DNA of 64,000 nucleotides from Eledone cirrhosa (Eukaryota): positions 55,056,001-55,120,000 of the forward strand of contig OZ024742.1 in NCBI GenBank assembly GCA_964016885.1, read 5' to 3'. The notes below the pieces were generated by a model that saw only the letters and a program-made list of their open reading frames with translations, did not search any database and was not told where the DNA came from. The position numbers and the translations under genes were made by a program. Shown one piece after another: positions 11,990-23,542 of this stretch. Numbering within the stretch: position 1 is the first letter of the stretch; each line of letters opens with the position of its first letter.

Positions 11990-12525
11990 ATTCTTGTATA
12001 TATAGTGTATTTTGCAATACACTGTATGCTTAATTAAAAGCATTTCGAAGACCTTACGCTATTGTTTTAGAGTAGAGACAGTCTCACTTTAATTTTCGGC
12101 AAACAGGGGAGATAAAGTTGACAGAGCTGTGTTTCGCACTTTTTAAAGTCCTTAACTTTATCAAAGTTAAGGACTCCGTCTGTTTGGTGGAAATCATGAA
12201 TGTTTGATTCTTATAGAATTCTTGTAATAATCCGTAACTGATTATACAGAGCGGTTGCCGGTCAAGCAGAAATTGAAAATTAGAATTGGTGCTCTGAAAT
12301 ATCGATATATATATGAATGTATATATAGTGTATTTTACAATACTGTACGCTTATTTAAAAGCATTTCGAAACAGAGCTCTGTCAGCTTTATCTCCCCTGT
12401 TTGCTGAACATTATAGTAAGTGAGACTGTCACTACTCTAAAACAATAGCCTAAGATCTTCGAAAGGCTTTTAATTAAGCATACAGTGTATTGCAAAATAC
12501 ACTATATATACATTCATATATATAT
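11990..12525. repeat. Direct and inverted repeat cluster, probable PLE pseudo-LTR relic
   Basis: 12000-12135 is inverted at 12367-12510 and partly repeated directly at 12315-12370; contains GAAAC-AGAGCTCT-GTC, a hammerhead stem III-like motif. Confidence 0.6.
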
Positions 12526-12967
12526 ATATATATATATATACACCATTTATTTTATGTGCATTACCAATCGTATAACTGATCATTCCGAATATTAAACGAT
12601 GATGCAATAAATTAAAGCTCTCGATGTTAAGTAAATCATCCTTCGTAGATGTGGTATCTCGTGCCTGGTGTAGGAATGCAGCTAAATATTCATTTAAAAC
12701 AACAGAACTCCTGACTGGATACATCCTTTAAGGTTTCCAGCCCGGCCTTCTGTTTTTTTTAATGAATATATACAGTAAATACATCGAACCTTCAGCTGAT
12801 CAATAGCGAAACGCGGGTCACCTTTCAATTAAGGTAATGAAGTCTTAACAAATCGTCCTTGTATTATTATATTACACTCTGTTTAGCTCTACACATCTCT
12901 ACCGACATGAACCTAAATATCGAGTGCTCACCTCGGTGAACCTAGTGTATTCACGTTACACTCATGG

Positions 12968-13158
<191 letters not shown>

Positions 13159-13334
13159 TAGATATAGATAGGTAAATATACACGGGTGTGTATGATTGTG
13201 TATAGAAGATTATATTAATAAGAGGAATTCCAACTTTGTCTGATTTACTCGTTTTATTTACAATCCTTTAAAATATATATAATATGGTATTATAATGAAA
13301 TAGTATGATAGAATATTAAATTCTAAGTGTTAAT

Positions 13335-13373
13335 TGAACAAGTACTTTCATGCTTTCGCAATCTTCAGGTTCA
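13335..13373 (-). ncRNA. Minimal type I hammerhead ribozyme (intact copy)
   Basis: - strand reads tgaac CTGAAGA t-tgc-gaaa-gca-t GAAA gtac TT gttca; palindromic stem III AAGTACTT. Confidence 0.8.
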
Positions 13374-13902
13374 TGATATGTGGTGACAGTCGAGTTTGCA
13401 ATTTTCAACTGTAATGAGATGGGTAAATTTACTACCTTTTATACATTTTATACAGAGAAAAGTGGCTCCAGAATACAAAGCCCTGTAAACTGTATTTCGA
13501 CCAATCAGTGTGTAGTTTCACTGAATTACTACAGCTGATTGGTTTAAGCGTCACGGCTGGTTGAGCATGCTAACGACCAATAGTCATACCCAACGTATCA
13601 ATTGTTTTGCTTTTTGAAATGATGAAAATAGCATTTTCTATTAATCATCACCATCAACATCACTTTTATTAATATTATTATTGTTGTTGTTGTTGTTAGT
13701 GGTCGTGGTCATAGTGGTAGTCGAACTAATACCCCTAGGCGTTATTATTGTTCATTTAGCTTGGGTTTGAATTTATCAATACAATTCTTTTCTTTGATAT
13801 TTCTCTTGATTTCACTTGGGCTGTGTAATTTGTAGAATGGGAATATTATAAATATTCCCTGAACACATGTTGCCAGTTGGCCGCTTAGGGGTATCTGACG
13901 GA

Positions 13903-15166
13903 CATTTATATTAGACGCGGTTAAACTTATTCTGGAAAACAACACTTTCTGATTCAATGGAAAGAATTACATCCAAATTAGAGGCACAGCCATGGGAACG
14001 AAGTTTGCTCCCGTTTACGCGAACTCTGTAATGGGATACTTAGAACAACAACTCTACCAAGAAATAGAGGAAAAATATAATACTGACTTTAGAAAGTACA
14101 TTGAAAAATCTTGGAAGAGATACCTTGACGACTGTTTCATCATCTGGACAGAATCTCTAAATACTCTGGATGAGTTCAATATCCTCCTGAATAACCTACA
14201 CCCATCTCTCCAATTCACAAAAGAGATGAGTAGGACCAAATTACCATTCCTAGATATAATGATAATCAAAAACGACACCACCATTACCACGGATATATAT
14301 TATAAACACACAGACACCCATCAATATCTGAATTTTAAGTCGTGCCATCAACCTCATACAAAACGCAACATCCCATACTGCCTAGCCAGAAGAATTTGTA
14401 CCATTGTAGAAGATACGAATACCAGGTACAAACGCCTAACAGAACTAAGAGAATTTTGCTCAAACAAAAATACCCATCTCTACTTATAGAAAATGGCATA
14501 CAGCGGGCTATAAAAATACCTATACAACAACCTAGAACAACCCAAGGAAGAAGAAACCAAGAACTGGTCATACCATTTATAATGACACACAACCCATGTC
14601 ACCAGAATATATTCAACACTGCCAAAGCAAACCTACCGATCATTGCTCAAAGTAATGAATTAAAAGGCTTAATCACAGATCGATCTTTGACTCTTAGTAA
14701 AAGACAGCCAAAAAATTTGAAGCAATTGCTAACAAAAGCAAAGTTTGACCTTAACAACAAAGACCAATCATTCACTGTATCTAAATGCAATGATAATCGA
14801 TGCGGCACATGTCAATCCATACACGCCGGTCAATATATGAAAACAAAAACTGGAAAAATATTCCCAAATGCAAATATGAACTGCAAAAGCAGATATCTAA
14901 TTTACTGCATTAAATGCCCGAATTGTGAAGAACTATATGTCGGTCAAACTGGAAATGCACTATCGGAACGTGCACGGGTACACCGTCAACAAATCAGAGA
15001 CCCAAATGTCCGTCAGATACCCCTAAGCTGCCACCTGGCAACATGTGGTCAGGGAATATTTATAATATTCCCATTCTACAAATTACACAGCCCAAGTGAA
15101 ATCAAGAGAAAAATCAAAGAAAATAATTTTATTGATAAATTCAAACCCAAGCTAAATGAACAATAA
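13903..15166 (+). pseudogene. 5'-truncated PLE RT-thumb-GIY-YIG copy with a 1-nt frameshift near 14455
   Basis: ORFs 13992-14489 and 14342-15166 are near-identical to 18117-19381. Confidence 0.9.
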
Positions 15167-15329
15167 TAACGCCTAGGGGTATTACTTCTACTACCACTAT
15201 GACCACGACCACTAACAACAACAACAACAACAACAACAATAATAATAATAATAAAAGTGATGTTGATGGTGATGATTAATAGAAAATACTATTTTCATCA
15301 TTTCAAAAAGCAAAACAATTGATACGTTG

Positions 15330-15510
15330 GGTATGACTATTGGTCGTTAGCATGCTCAACCAGCCGTGACGCTTAAACCAATCAGCTGTAGTAATTCAGT
15401 GAAACTACACACTGATTGGTCGAAATACAGTTTACAGGGCTTTGCATTCTGGAGCCACTTTTCTCTGTATAAAATGTATAAAAGGTAGTAAATTTACCCA
15501 TCTCATTACA
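15330..15510 (+). promoter_or_regulatory. Putative Pol II promoter in the PLE pseudo-LTR
   Basis: CCAAT/ATTGG boxes, GTGACG, TATAAAAG at 15477 and Inr-like TCATT about 25 nt downstream; repeated at about 19550-19710. Confidence 0.5.
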
Positions 15511-15546
15511 GTTGAAAATTGCAAACTCGACTGTCACCACATATCA

Positions 15547-15585
15547 TGAACCTGAAGATTGCGAAAGCATCAAAGTACTTGTTCA
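15547..15585 (+). ncRNA. Hammerhead ribozyme copy with a GAAA>CAAA core mutation
   Basis: same motif as 13335-13373, with C at 15571. Confidence 0.6.
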
Positions 15586-15797
15586 ATTAACACTTAGAAT
15601 TTAATATTCTATCATACTATTTCATTATAATACCATATTATATATATTTTAAAGGATTGTAAATAAAACGAGTAAATCAGACAAAGTTGGAATTCCTCTT
15701 ATTAATATAATCTTCTATACACAATCATACACACCCGTGTATATTTACCTATCTATATCTATATATATATATATATTTCTATTGTGTATATGCCAAC

Positions 15798-17147
15798 ATG
15801 TCTGGAAAGCAACAAATGAAACCAACAGAATCAGAAAGAATTCTAAAGGAGATATCATCGAAATTATCAACACTTATCACGATGATAGACACACAATCCT
15901 CTATTTTAAAGGAAATAGAAAAACAATCTACAGACGGAAAACTTATAACTGAACATATAAACTCTGAAATTAAGAATTTAGCTGAAATTATACCAACAGT
16001 TATCAAAGATACAAGAGAAAGCCTACCACAACCCCCTTGGATGTCAGAAATAAACGAAAGAAATTTGGAAAACAAAACACATCGAATAAGAAAAGAAATG
16101 TGGAAGACATGGAAAAAATTCCTTAACATAAGAAAACAAAATTTCTGGAAAGCATACAGATGCGAAAAATATGTCGAAACACATTCGAAATGGCTCTCTC
16201 TAACGGCACCCATACTCCCTCGTAAATACTTAATTACAGAAATTGCAGGAGAACCAGAAGAAGAAACAAAACTCCGATGGGAACTTACATTGACAAAATT
16301 CAGGACCGACATCTCCATTTCTGAATGTAAACAATCCCGCTACAAAGCCAACTATGAAGCTATTGATGACCAAATTGAAGTTGAAATTTCAAAGCTAATG
16401 ACTGGTATTATAGCTGAAAAACTACGAGAACTATGGATCGGAGATATCTCAAAAGAAGAAAACAAATCAAGAAAGGTTTGGCAGCAGAAACAATTATTTC
16501 TCGATGAATATGCTGCAAATTACGGTAAAGACTCTGGAACCCTGAGAAAAAGCATTAAAAGTGGACAATCTCATCAACACAATATACGCCAGAACACGTG
16601 CCAACACAAACACTCACCTTACCTTGAATCAAAGAAGAACTACGGTAATAACTCTTCGCTTTTTCTACAAAAACACCCTATCGCACACACCATGAACAAA
16701 AAGCACAAACACGATAGGTATTCCTTTGACCAGACCATGAGAAGTAGTAAAACCAGGAGATCATTCTCAAGATCTCAACAGAGACTACCAACAAGGAATG
16801 TGGAAACAAAACGTAGAATAACCAGATCACTCTCAAGATCTCAACAGAGATTTCCCACAAGAAACTGGACGAAAAAACGATCTAAACCTGAAAGCAAACA
16901 TAGGTCATTTTCCCAGATTGTTAAAAATAATGCTAACAGGAAGAAAAATAATATACAGAATACCAAAAATAGGACAAAATACATAACGAAACCAAATATA
17001 ATATCACGACCAAAAGTTCATCAAGCGAACACCAACAGGAATATAAATCCTGAACAGAGAAAAATTCATTTTTTAACGTCAGGACAACAAAAACCGGAAA
17101 AAGAAAAACTCCAGGAGGAAACATACCCAAAACAGCTGTACACGTAG
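15798..17147 (+). CDS. PLE upstream ORF (449 aa; coiled-coil-like N-terminus, basic RS-rich C-terminus)
   Basis: Uninterrupted ORF between the pseudo-LTR and the RT ORF; heptad-like N-terminus; duplicated RSxSRSQQRxPTRN. Confidence 0.75.
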   Translation: MSGKQQMKPTESERILKEISSKLSTLITMIDTQSSILKEIEKQSTDGKLITEHINSEIKNLAEIIPTVIKDTRESLPQPPWMSEINERNLENKTHRIRKEMWKTWKKFLNIRKQNFWKAYRCEKYVETHSKWLSLTAPILPRKYLITEIAGEPEEETKLRWELTLTKFRTDISISECKQSRYKANYEAIDDQIEVEISKLMTGIIAEKLRELWIGDISKEENKSRKVWQQKQLFLDEYAANYGKDSGTLRKSIKSGQSHQHNIRQNTCQHKHSPYLESKKNYGNNSSLFLQKHPIAHTMNKKHKHDRYSFDQTMRSSKTRRSFSRSQQRLPTRNVETKRRITRSLSRSQQRFPTRNWTKKRSKPESKHRSFSQIVKNNANRKKNNIQNTKNRTKYITKPNIISRPKVHQANTNRNINPEQRKIHFLTSGQQKPEKEKLQEETYPKQLYT

Positions 17148-17194
17148 ATCCTAAAATAATTAATTTATCTAAAAGAGATCTTGACAATGATGAA

Positions 17195-19381
17195 ATGCAA
17201 ATTCTGTCAAAAGGACTGAAATTCACACCGACTCCAACAGTCAACCACCAAGAACTGAAGGAGGATACCCAAGAATTCTGTCGAAAATTACGTCTTGTAG
17301 AATTCTTCGCTGATAAAAATAATGAGAGTGATGAATCACTAGTAAAGAATAAATCAAATTTCACTCCGCCAAAAGGAAGAAATATTTATCTCGACCAATA
17401 CATTGACATCCTGTCTAAATTTCCTCTTAGACATAATACTAATGTTAGGCCAAACATTAACAAATCAGAAATGTCTGCACTTAAACGTATACAAAATGAT
17501 AAAACAATAATAATTAAACAAGCAGATAAAGGGGGTGCAGTTGTTATAATGTATACTGAATACTACAAGGATTTGGTTGAGGAACAACTGAAAGACACAA
17601 CATTCTATCATGAAAAACCGTCAAATATAAACCACAACATCATGAAGAAGATCAACAACCTGGCTTCAAAATACCACAACTCATTTACTGATAAGGAAAG
17701 AGACTACATCACCAATTTTGAGCCGAAACCCAGCAACCTGTATGGCCTACCGAAAGTTCACAAGTCAAAAGAAATACAACTGGCAGTAAGAGAACAAAAC
17801 AGTGAGTACATTAAATTATTACACCCAACAGACTTAAAACTTAGACCTATTATAGCTGGTCCAACATGCCCCACTCACCTTACAAGCAATTTTGTTGACA
17901 TTATTTTGAAACCACTATGTATTCACATACCCAGTTTCATCCGGGATGATATCGACTTCTTGTCCCATCTTCCCAAAACCACGGAAACGAATTCACTTCT
18001 ACTCAATTTTGATGTGGTAAGCCTTTACATCAACATTACACATGATTTAGGAATAAAGGCGGTTAAATACTGGGTGGAAAAACATAGAGAAGTGATTCTC
18101 ATTAGATTCACAGCGCCATTTATATTAGACGCAGTTAAACTTATTCTGGAAAACAACACTTTCTTCTTCAATGGAAAGAATTACATCCAAATTAGAGGCA
18201 CAGCCATGGGAACGAAGTTTGCTCCCGTTTACGCGAACTCTGTAATGGGATACTTAGAACAACAACTCTACCAAGAAATAGAGGAAAAATATAGTACTGA
18301 CTTTAGAAAGTACATTGAAAAATCTTGGAAGAGATACCTTGACGACTGTTTCATCATCTGGACAGAATCTCTAGATACTCTGGATGAGTTCAATATCCTC
18401 CTGAATAACATACACCCATCTCTCCAATTCACAAAAGAGATGAGTAGGACCAAATTACCATTCCTAGATATAATGATAATCAAAAACGACACCACTATTA
18501 CCACGGATATATATTATAAACACACAGACACCCATCAATATCTGAATTTTAAGTCGTGCCATCCACCTCATACAAAACGCAACATCCCATACTGCCTAGC
18601 CAGAAGAATTTGTACCATTGTAGAAGATACGAATACCAGGTACAAACGCCTAACAGAACTAAGAGAATTTTTGCTCAAACAAAAATACCCATCTCTACTT
18701 ATAGAAAATGGCATACAGCGGGCTATAAAAATACCTATACAACAACTTAGAACAACCCAAGGAAGAAGAAACCAAGAACTGGTCATACCATTTATAATGA
18801 CACACAACCCATGTCACCAGAATATATTCAACACTGCCAAAGCAAACCTACCGATCATTGCTCAAAGTAATGAATTAAAAGGCTTAATCACAGATCGATC
18901 TTTGACTCTTAGTAAAAGACAGCCAAAAAATTTGAAGCAATTGCTAACAAAAGCAAAGTTTGACCTTAACAACAAAGACCAATCATTCACTGTATCTAAA
19001 TGCAATGATAATCGATGCGGCACATGTCAATCCATACACGCCGGTCAATATATGAAAACAAAAACTGGAAAAATATTCCCAAATGCAAATATGAACTGCA
19101 AAAGCAGAAATCTAATTTACTGCATTAAATGCCCGAATTGTGAAGAACTATATGTCGGTCAAACTGGAAATGCACTATCGCAACGTGCACGGGTACAACG
19201 TCAACAAATCAGAGACCCAAATGTCCGTCAGATACCCCTAAGCGGCCACCTGGCAACATGTGGTCAGGGAATATTTATAATATTCCCATTCTACAAATTA
19301 CACAGCCCAAGTGAAATCAAGAGAAAAATCAAAGAAAAGAATTTTATTGATAAATTCAAACCCAAGCTAAATGAACAATAA
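17195..19381 (+). CDS. PLE reverse transcriptase and GIY-YIG endonuclease (728 aa from the first Met; frame open from 17054)
   Basis: LSKGLKF, ADKG, LYGLPKVHK, RPII, FDVVSLY, GTAMG, RYLDD, LPFLD, IYCIKC..LYVGQT. Confidence 0.95.
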   Translation: MQILSKGLKFTPTPTVNHQELKEDTQEFCRKLRLVEFFADKNNESDESLVKNKSNFTPPKGRNIYLDQYIDILSKFPLRHNTNVRPNINKSEMSALKRIQNDKTIIIKQADKGGAVVIMYTEYYKDLVEEQLKDTTFYHEKPSNINHNIMKKINNLASKYHNSFTDKERDYITNFEPKPSNLYGLPKVHKSKEIQLAVREQNSEYIKLLHPTDLKLRPIIAGPTCPTHLTSNFVDIILKPLCIHIPSFIRDDIDFLSHLPKTTETNSLLLNFDVVSLYINITHDLGIKAVKYWVEKHREVILIRFTAPFILDAVKLILENNTFFFNGKNYIQIRGTAMGTKFAPVYANSVMGYLEQQLYQEIEEKYSTDFRKYIEKSWKRYLDDCFIIWTESLDTLDEFNILLNNIHPSLQFTKEMSRTKLPFLDIMIIKNDTTITTDIYYKHTDTHQYLNFKSCHPPHTKRNIPYCLARRICTIVEDTNTRYKRLTELREFLLKQKYPSLLIENGIQRAIKIPIQQLRTTQGRRNQELVIPFIMTHNPCHQNIFNTAKANLPIIAQSNELKGLITDRSLTLSKRQPKNLKQLLTKAKFDLNNKDQSFTVSKCNDNRCGTCQSIHAGQYMKTKTGKIFPNANMNCKSRNLIYCIKCPNCEELYVGQTGNALSQRARVQRQQIRDPNVRQIPLSGHLATCGQGIFIIFPFYKLHSPSEIKRKIKEKNFIDKFKPKLNEQ

Positions 19382-19750
19382 TAACGCCTAGGGGTATTAC
19401 TTCTACTACCACTATGACCACGACTACTAACAACAACAACAACAACAACAATAATAATAATAATAAAAGTGATGTTGATGGTGATGATTAATAGAAAATG
19501 CTATTTTCATCATTTCATAAAGCAAAACAATTGATACGTTGGGTATGACTATTGGTCGTTAGCATGCTCAACCAGCCTAAACCAATCAGCTGTAGTAATT
19601 CAGTGAAACTACACACTGATTGGTCGAAATACAGTTTACAGGGCTTTGCATTCTGGAGGCACTTTTCTCTGTATAAAATGTATAAAAGGTAGTAAATTTA
19701 CCCATCTCATTACAGTTGAAAATTGCAAACTCGACTGTCACCACATATCA

Positions 19751-19789
19751 TAAACCTGAAGATTGCGAAAGCATGAAAGTACTTGTTCA
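19751..19789 (+). ncRNA. Hammerhead ribozyme copy in the 3' pseudo-LTR (stem I mismatch)
   Basis: taaac CTGAAGA ttgcgaaagcat GAAA gtac TT gttca. Confidence 0.7.
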
Positions 19790-19897
19790 ATTAACACTTA
19801 GAATTTAATATTCTATCATACTATTTCATTATATTATATATATTTTAAAGGATTGTAAATAAAACGAGTAAATCAGACTAAGTTGGAATTCCTCTTA

Positions 19898-20060
<163 letters not shown>

Positions 20061-20124
20061 AGTTGTGTTTGTGTGTGCGTATCTAGTAAAACATGTCTTT
20101 GATACATACATTTCTTACGATTTG

Positions 20125-20258
20125 TCGTCCTTTATGATCTGAGATCAAATCCCGCCGAGGTAAACTTTGCCTTTTATCCTTATGGGTCGATAAAATAAAG
20201 CACCAGTAATAGACTTGCATAATTGCTGGCCTTGTGCCAAAAGTAGAAACAATTAATT
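20125..20258 (+). mobile_element. tRNA-derived SINE, 5'-truncated copy
   Basis: B-box-like GAGATCAAATCCC followed by CTTTGCCTTTTATCCTTATGGG..TCGATAAAATAAAGCACCAGT, shared with five other copies. Confidence 0.8.
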
Positions 20259-20846
20259 ACTAGAAATAATCACAACGTGCTATGTGCAATATTTATCGCT
20301 GGCATTTCTCCCATATTATTTGACGTCACTTACTCGAACCCCAACTACACTTATGTGAAACCATTTTGTAATTTTATTAATCCAGAACAAGAAACTTTTA
20401 AATATCTCCAACAAACTAGGATTAATGCATACCAGAGAAATATCGACTAAAAAGCAGAATGTATTCATTGCCCGTTAAAATAACACTTTGATGTCGAAAA
20501 TTTAAATTCAAACGTTGGAGGTGTTTAGAGCAAATGTTGCAATTTCAATAAGGAAATATTCATATAAAAGATAACAGACCAGTCTGGTGTTTTAATTGTT
20601 TGAAATTACGAGTATTAATGGATGTACACGCTTCTTACCATACTTGTTAGTGTCGAATATTTTTCTTTAATTACTTTAAATTATGAATATTTTGCATTGC
20701 TTGAAAGGTACAGATATTATGAAAGATAGTAAGTAATTCATACGTTAATATCACCAAACACTTGAAAGGCATGTCTTGTGTGCTTGTTCGAAGCGTACTT
20801 CAATGAATAGTTTTTAATCATGATTACACTCAACTGACATTTCCAG

Positions 20847-20927
20847 ATTATAGATGTTGAAGTCGATATCTATGTAAAGTCTTTGCTTGAGGCTTGTATT
20901 TCACTTAGGAAAAGTAAGGAGCTGAAG
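20847..20927 (+). CDS. Candidate isolated host exon (IIDVEVDIYVKSLLEACISLRKSKELK), weakly formin FH2-like
   Basis: TTTCCAG| then 81 nt open then AAG|GTAACA; peptide resemblance judged by eye only. Confidence 0.25.
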
Positions 20928-21230
20928 GTAACAACAGTTATATAGAGAAAGTGTTCTTATATTCAACTTTGAAATTTATGAATTCCTTTCTCTGAGTAAA
21001 CTAAATTACTACTGGAGAATATAAAGAAAGTTTAAACCGACAATAGGCATGAATTTATTTTTTGTAACCGAAATAATAATAATTTTGTCTCTAAAAATTA
21101 CAATGATATTAGATAATTAAATTAACTATAAATGCATACTGTGATTTTCCTTTACATTTTGGCCTCATACTGAAATAATTTGAAAGTTAGAGACCTAATG
21201 TCTGTTTCAGGTATATTCAGTGATATCCGA

Positions 21231-21375
<145 letters not shown>

Positions 21376-22379
21376 GATATTAACAAATGGAAACTAGATT
21401 TATAAAACCATATCTACTCTGTTATACATATTTCAAGGATACCATGTTAAATTGTGGTATGCTTTCATCAGACAAAATACAATATATACCAGTTTTATAA
21501 ATAAATATTGACATACCCTTTCAAAATTCAACCGTTACTTTATATCAGTTATATAAATATTTGCTTTATATCAGTTATAAAAATATTTGCTTGTTGTATC
21601 CCAACAATTTAAATAAAACTTTTGCATATATATATATATATATATTTACATAACGTGATAGTTTCAACAGACATATACATATATATATATATATATACAT
21701 AATTAAATATATACGTACATACATACACATAAATACACACGTATATACATGTAAAATACTATGTACTCTATATGTGTACACAGATAGATACACTGCTTTC
21801 CATGAGTATACATAAATCTATATACATAGAATATACGTATAAATGCCAACCTATATACATGCATGCCGATTGCTATTCCGAATTTAAGGTGAGATAAAGG
21901 GACTAAGAGTTGCCAAAATTATATTATACATTATATATGTAAATAATTATTCTATTATATAGATGATTTTTAATATATGAAAAATAAAAATTAAGAGAAT
22001 GCTATATGAGTAATTTTAGAGTTTCGAATTATCTAATGTAGAATAACATGTATATAGATAAAGTAAAATAAACACACTAGCAGGGATGGAAAATTAGCGA
22101 AAACCAATAGTTAATACCGACGCTACTCGACTGACTATTAGAAATGCAGGTCAAAAACAAAATAATAGATTAGTTTGATTCATATTAAACATAAGAGAAT
22201 GCTAATAGGAGTATTAAAAATAGGAGTATGCTAAGCGATATAGATAAACTATTGTGAGCTCATTCCTATGATTCCAGAGCCTACATGGTGACAATGATTA
22301 AATAGTCATCTGAAATAATGAGGGCACATGACGCATCCACTCCAGCATAAGTATTCGCGGAATCCACGATCGACAATTG

Positions 22380-22860
22380 CATATTATAACATGATTTATA
22401 TCTATTTAAAGAAGTAACAAATTGAGCAAAGTTGTGGAGCTTCTTGGACTCCCTTTCGTAAATGAATGTAAGTCGGAAATGTAACGTGATTTAAAGGAGT
22501 TAGTGGAACACCTATATATAAGTTAGGGGTATATACAGTGCATTTATAAACAATATTTTTCTTAAGACAATGGTCATTTCTAGGACAACTAGCAGTAATT
22601 CTACAGTTACATTCAGACATTGATTTGGTACCATTGCCAGAAATAAGGTTAGTGAAGGTATTGTGTGGTATTTGCTTAGATTGCAGATTCTTATAAGCCT
22701 CTTTATTACTACTGTTCTAGTTATTGGTAGACTTCTCCAAGTAAGTGTTTTAGTTTGGATAGAACGGTCAGTTTAGAGAAGGAATTATACATATATTACT
22801 AAAGGCTATATATTCAGCTAAATTAAGTGAGGTAGAGAATGATATTTCAATTTTGTTAGC
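22380..22860 (-). mobile_element. Decayed PLE linker and GIY-YIG fragment (CxCx5C linker, tentatively Hydra clade)
   Basis: CNCRITASCPRNDHCLKKNIVYKCTV..LYIG in ORF 22402-22620. Confidence 0.7.
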
Positions 22861-22919
22861 TATGGGTACCGCTATATAGATATACTTGATCATGTGTATG
22901 TCTTTGTAGGTGTTTGCAT

Positions 22920-23120
<201 letters not shown>

Positions 23121-23284
23121 TGTAAAATTCCTACCGCGACGCCAACGTAACAACTTGGCGCCGATGTCATACTTTACATATCTCTATACATCCTTGTTGC
23201 TATTTCCTCCTTGGACATCACCTATAGAACTTTTTACAATTGGTGCCTACTCTCAGACACATATTTGTGCAGACTGTTTTTCTC

Positions 23285-23472
23285 CTGGTAGGGGGTCGGA
23301 CGCCATGCTATGCAGTATAGAGTTGCGGATTTTAAGGTATGAGTTCAAATCACGCTGAGGTTAACTTTGCCTTTCATCTTTATGGGGGCGATAGAATAAA
23401 GCACCAGTAATGCACTGGGATAATTGCTGGCCTTGTGCCAAACGTATAAATTATTATTATTATTATTATTAT
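23285..23472 (+). mobile_element. tRNA-derived SINE with an expanded (TTA)n tail
   Basis: GAGTTCAAATC B box; central domain resembling the MetaSINE core (from recall); TTA tail 23450-23472. Confidence 0.85.
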
Positions 23473-23493
23473 AATTTAAATAAAGAAAGAAAG

Positions 23494-23494
<1 letters not shown>

Positions 23495-23542
<48 letters not shown>
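23495..23542. repeat. (TTA)n preceding Tx1-A copy 2
   Basis: direct reading. Confidence 0.95.

Noticed and set aside
12470-12830. ORF 12470-12724 as a host exon, and GAAACGCGGGTC as a hammerhead
   Set aside because: No recognisable domain or good acceptor; no CUGANGA box with a matching stem I
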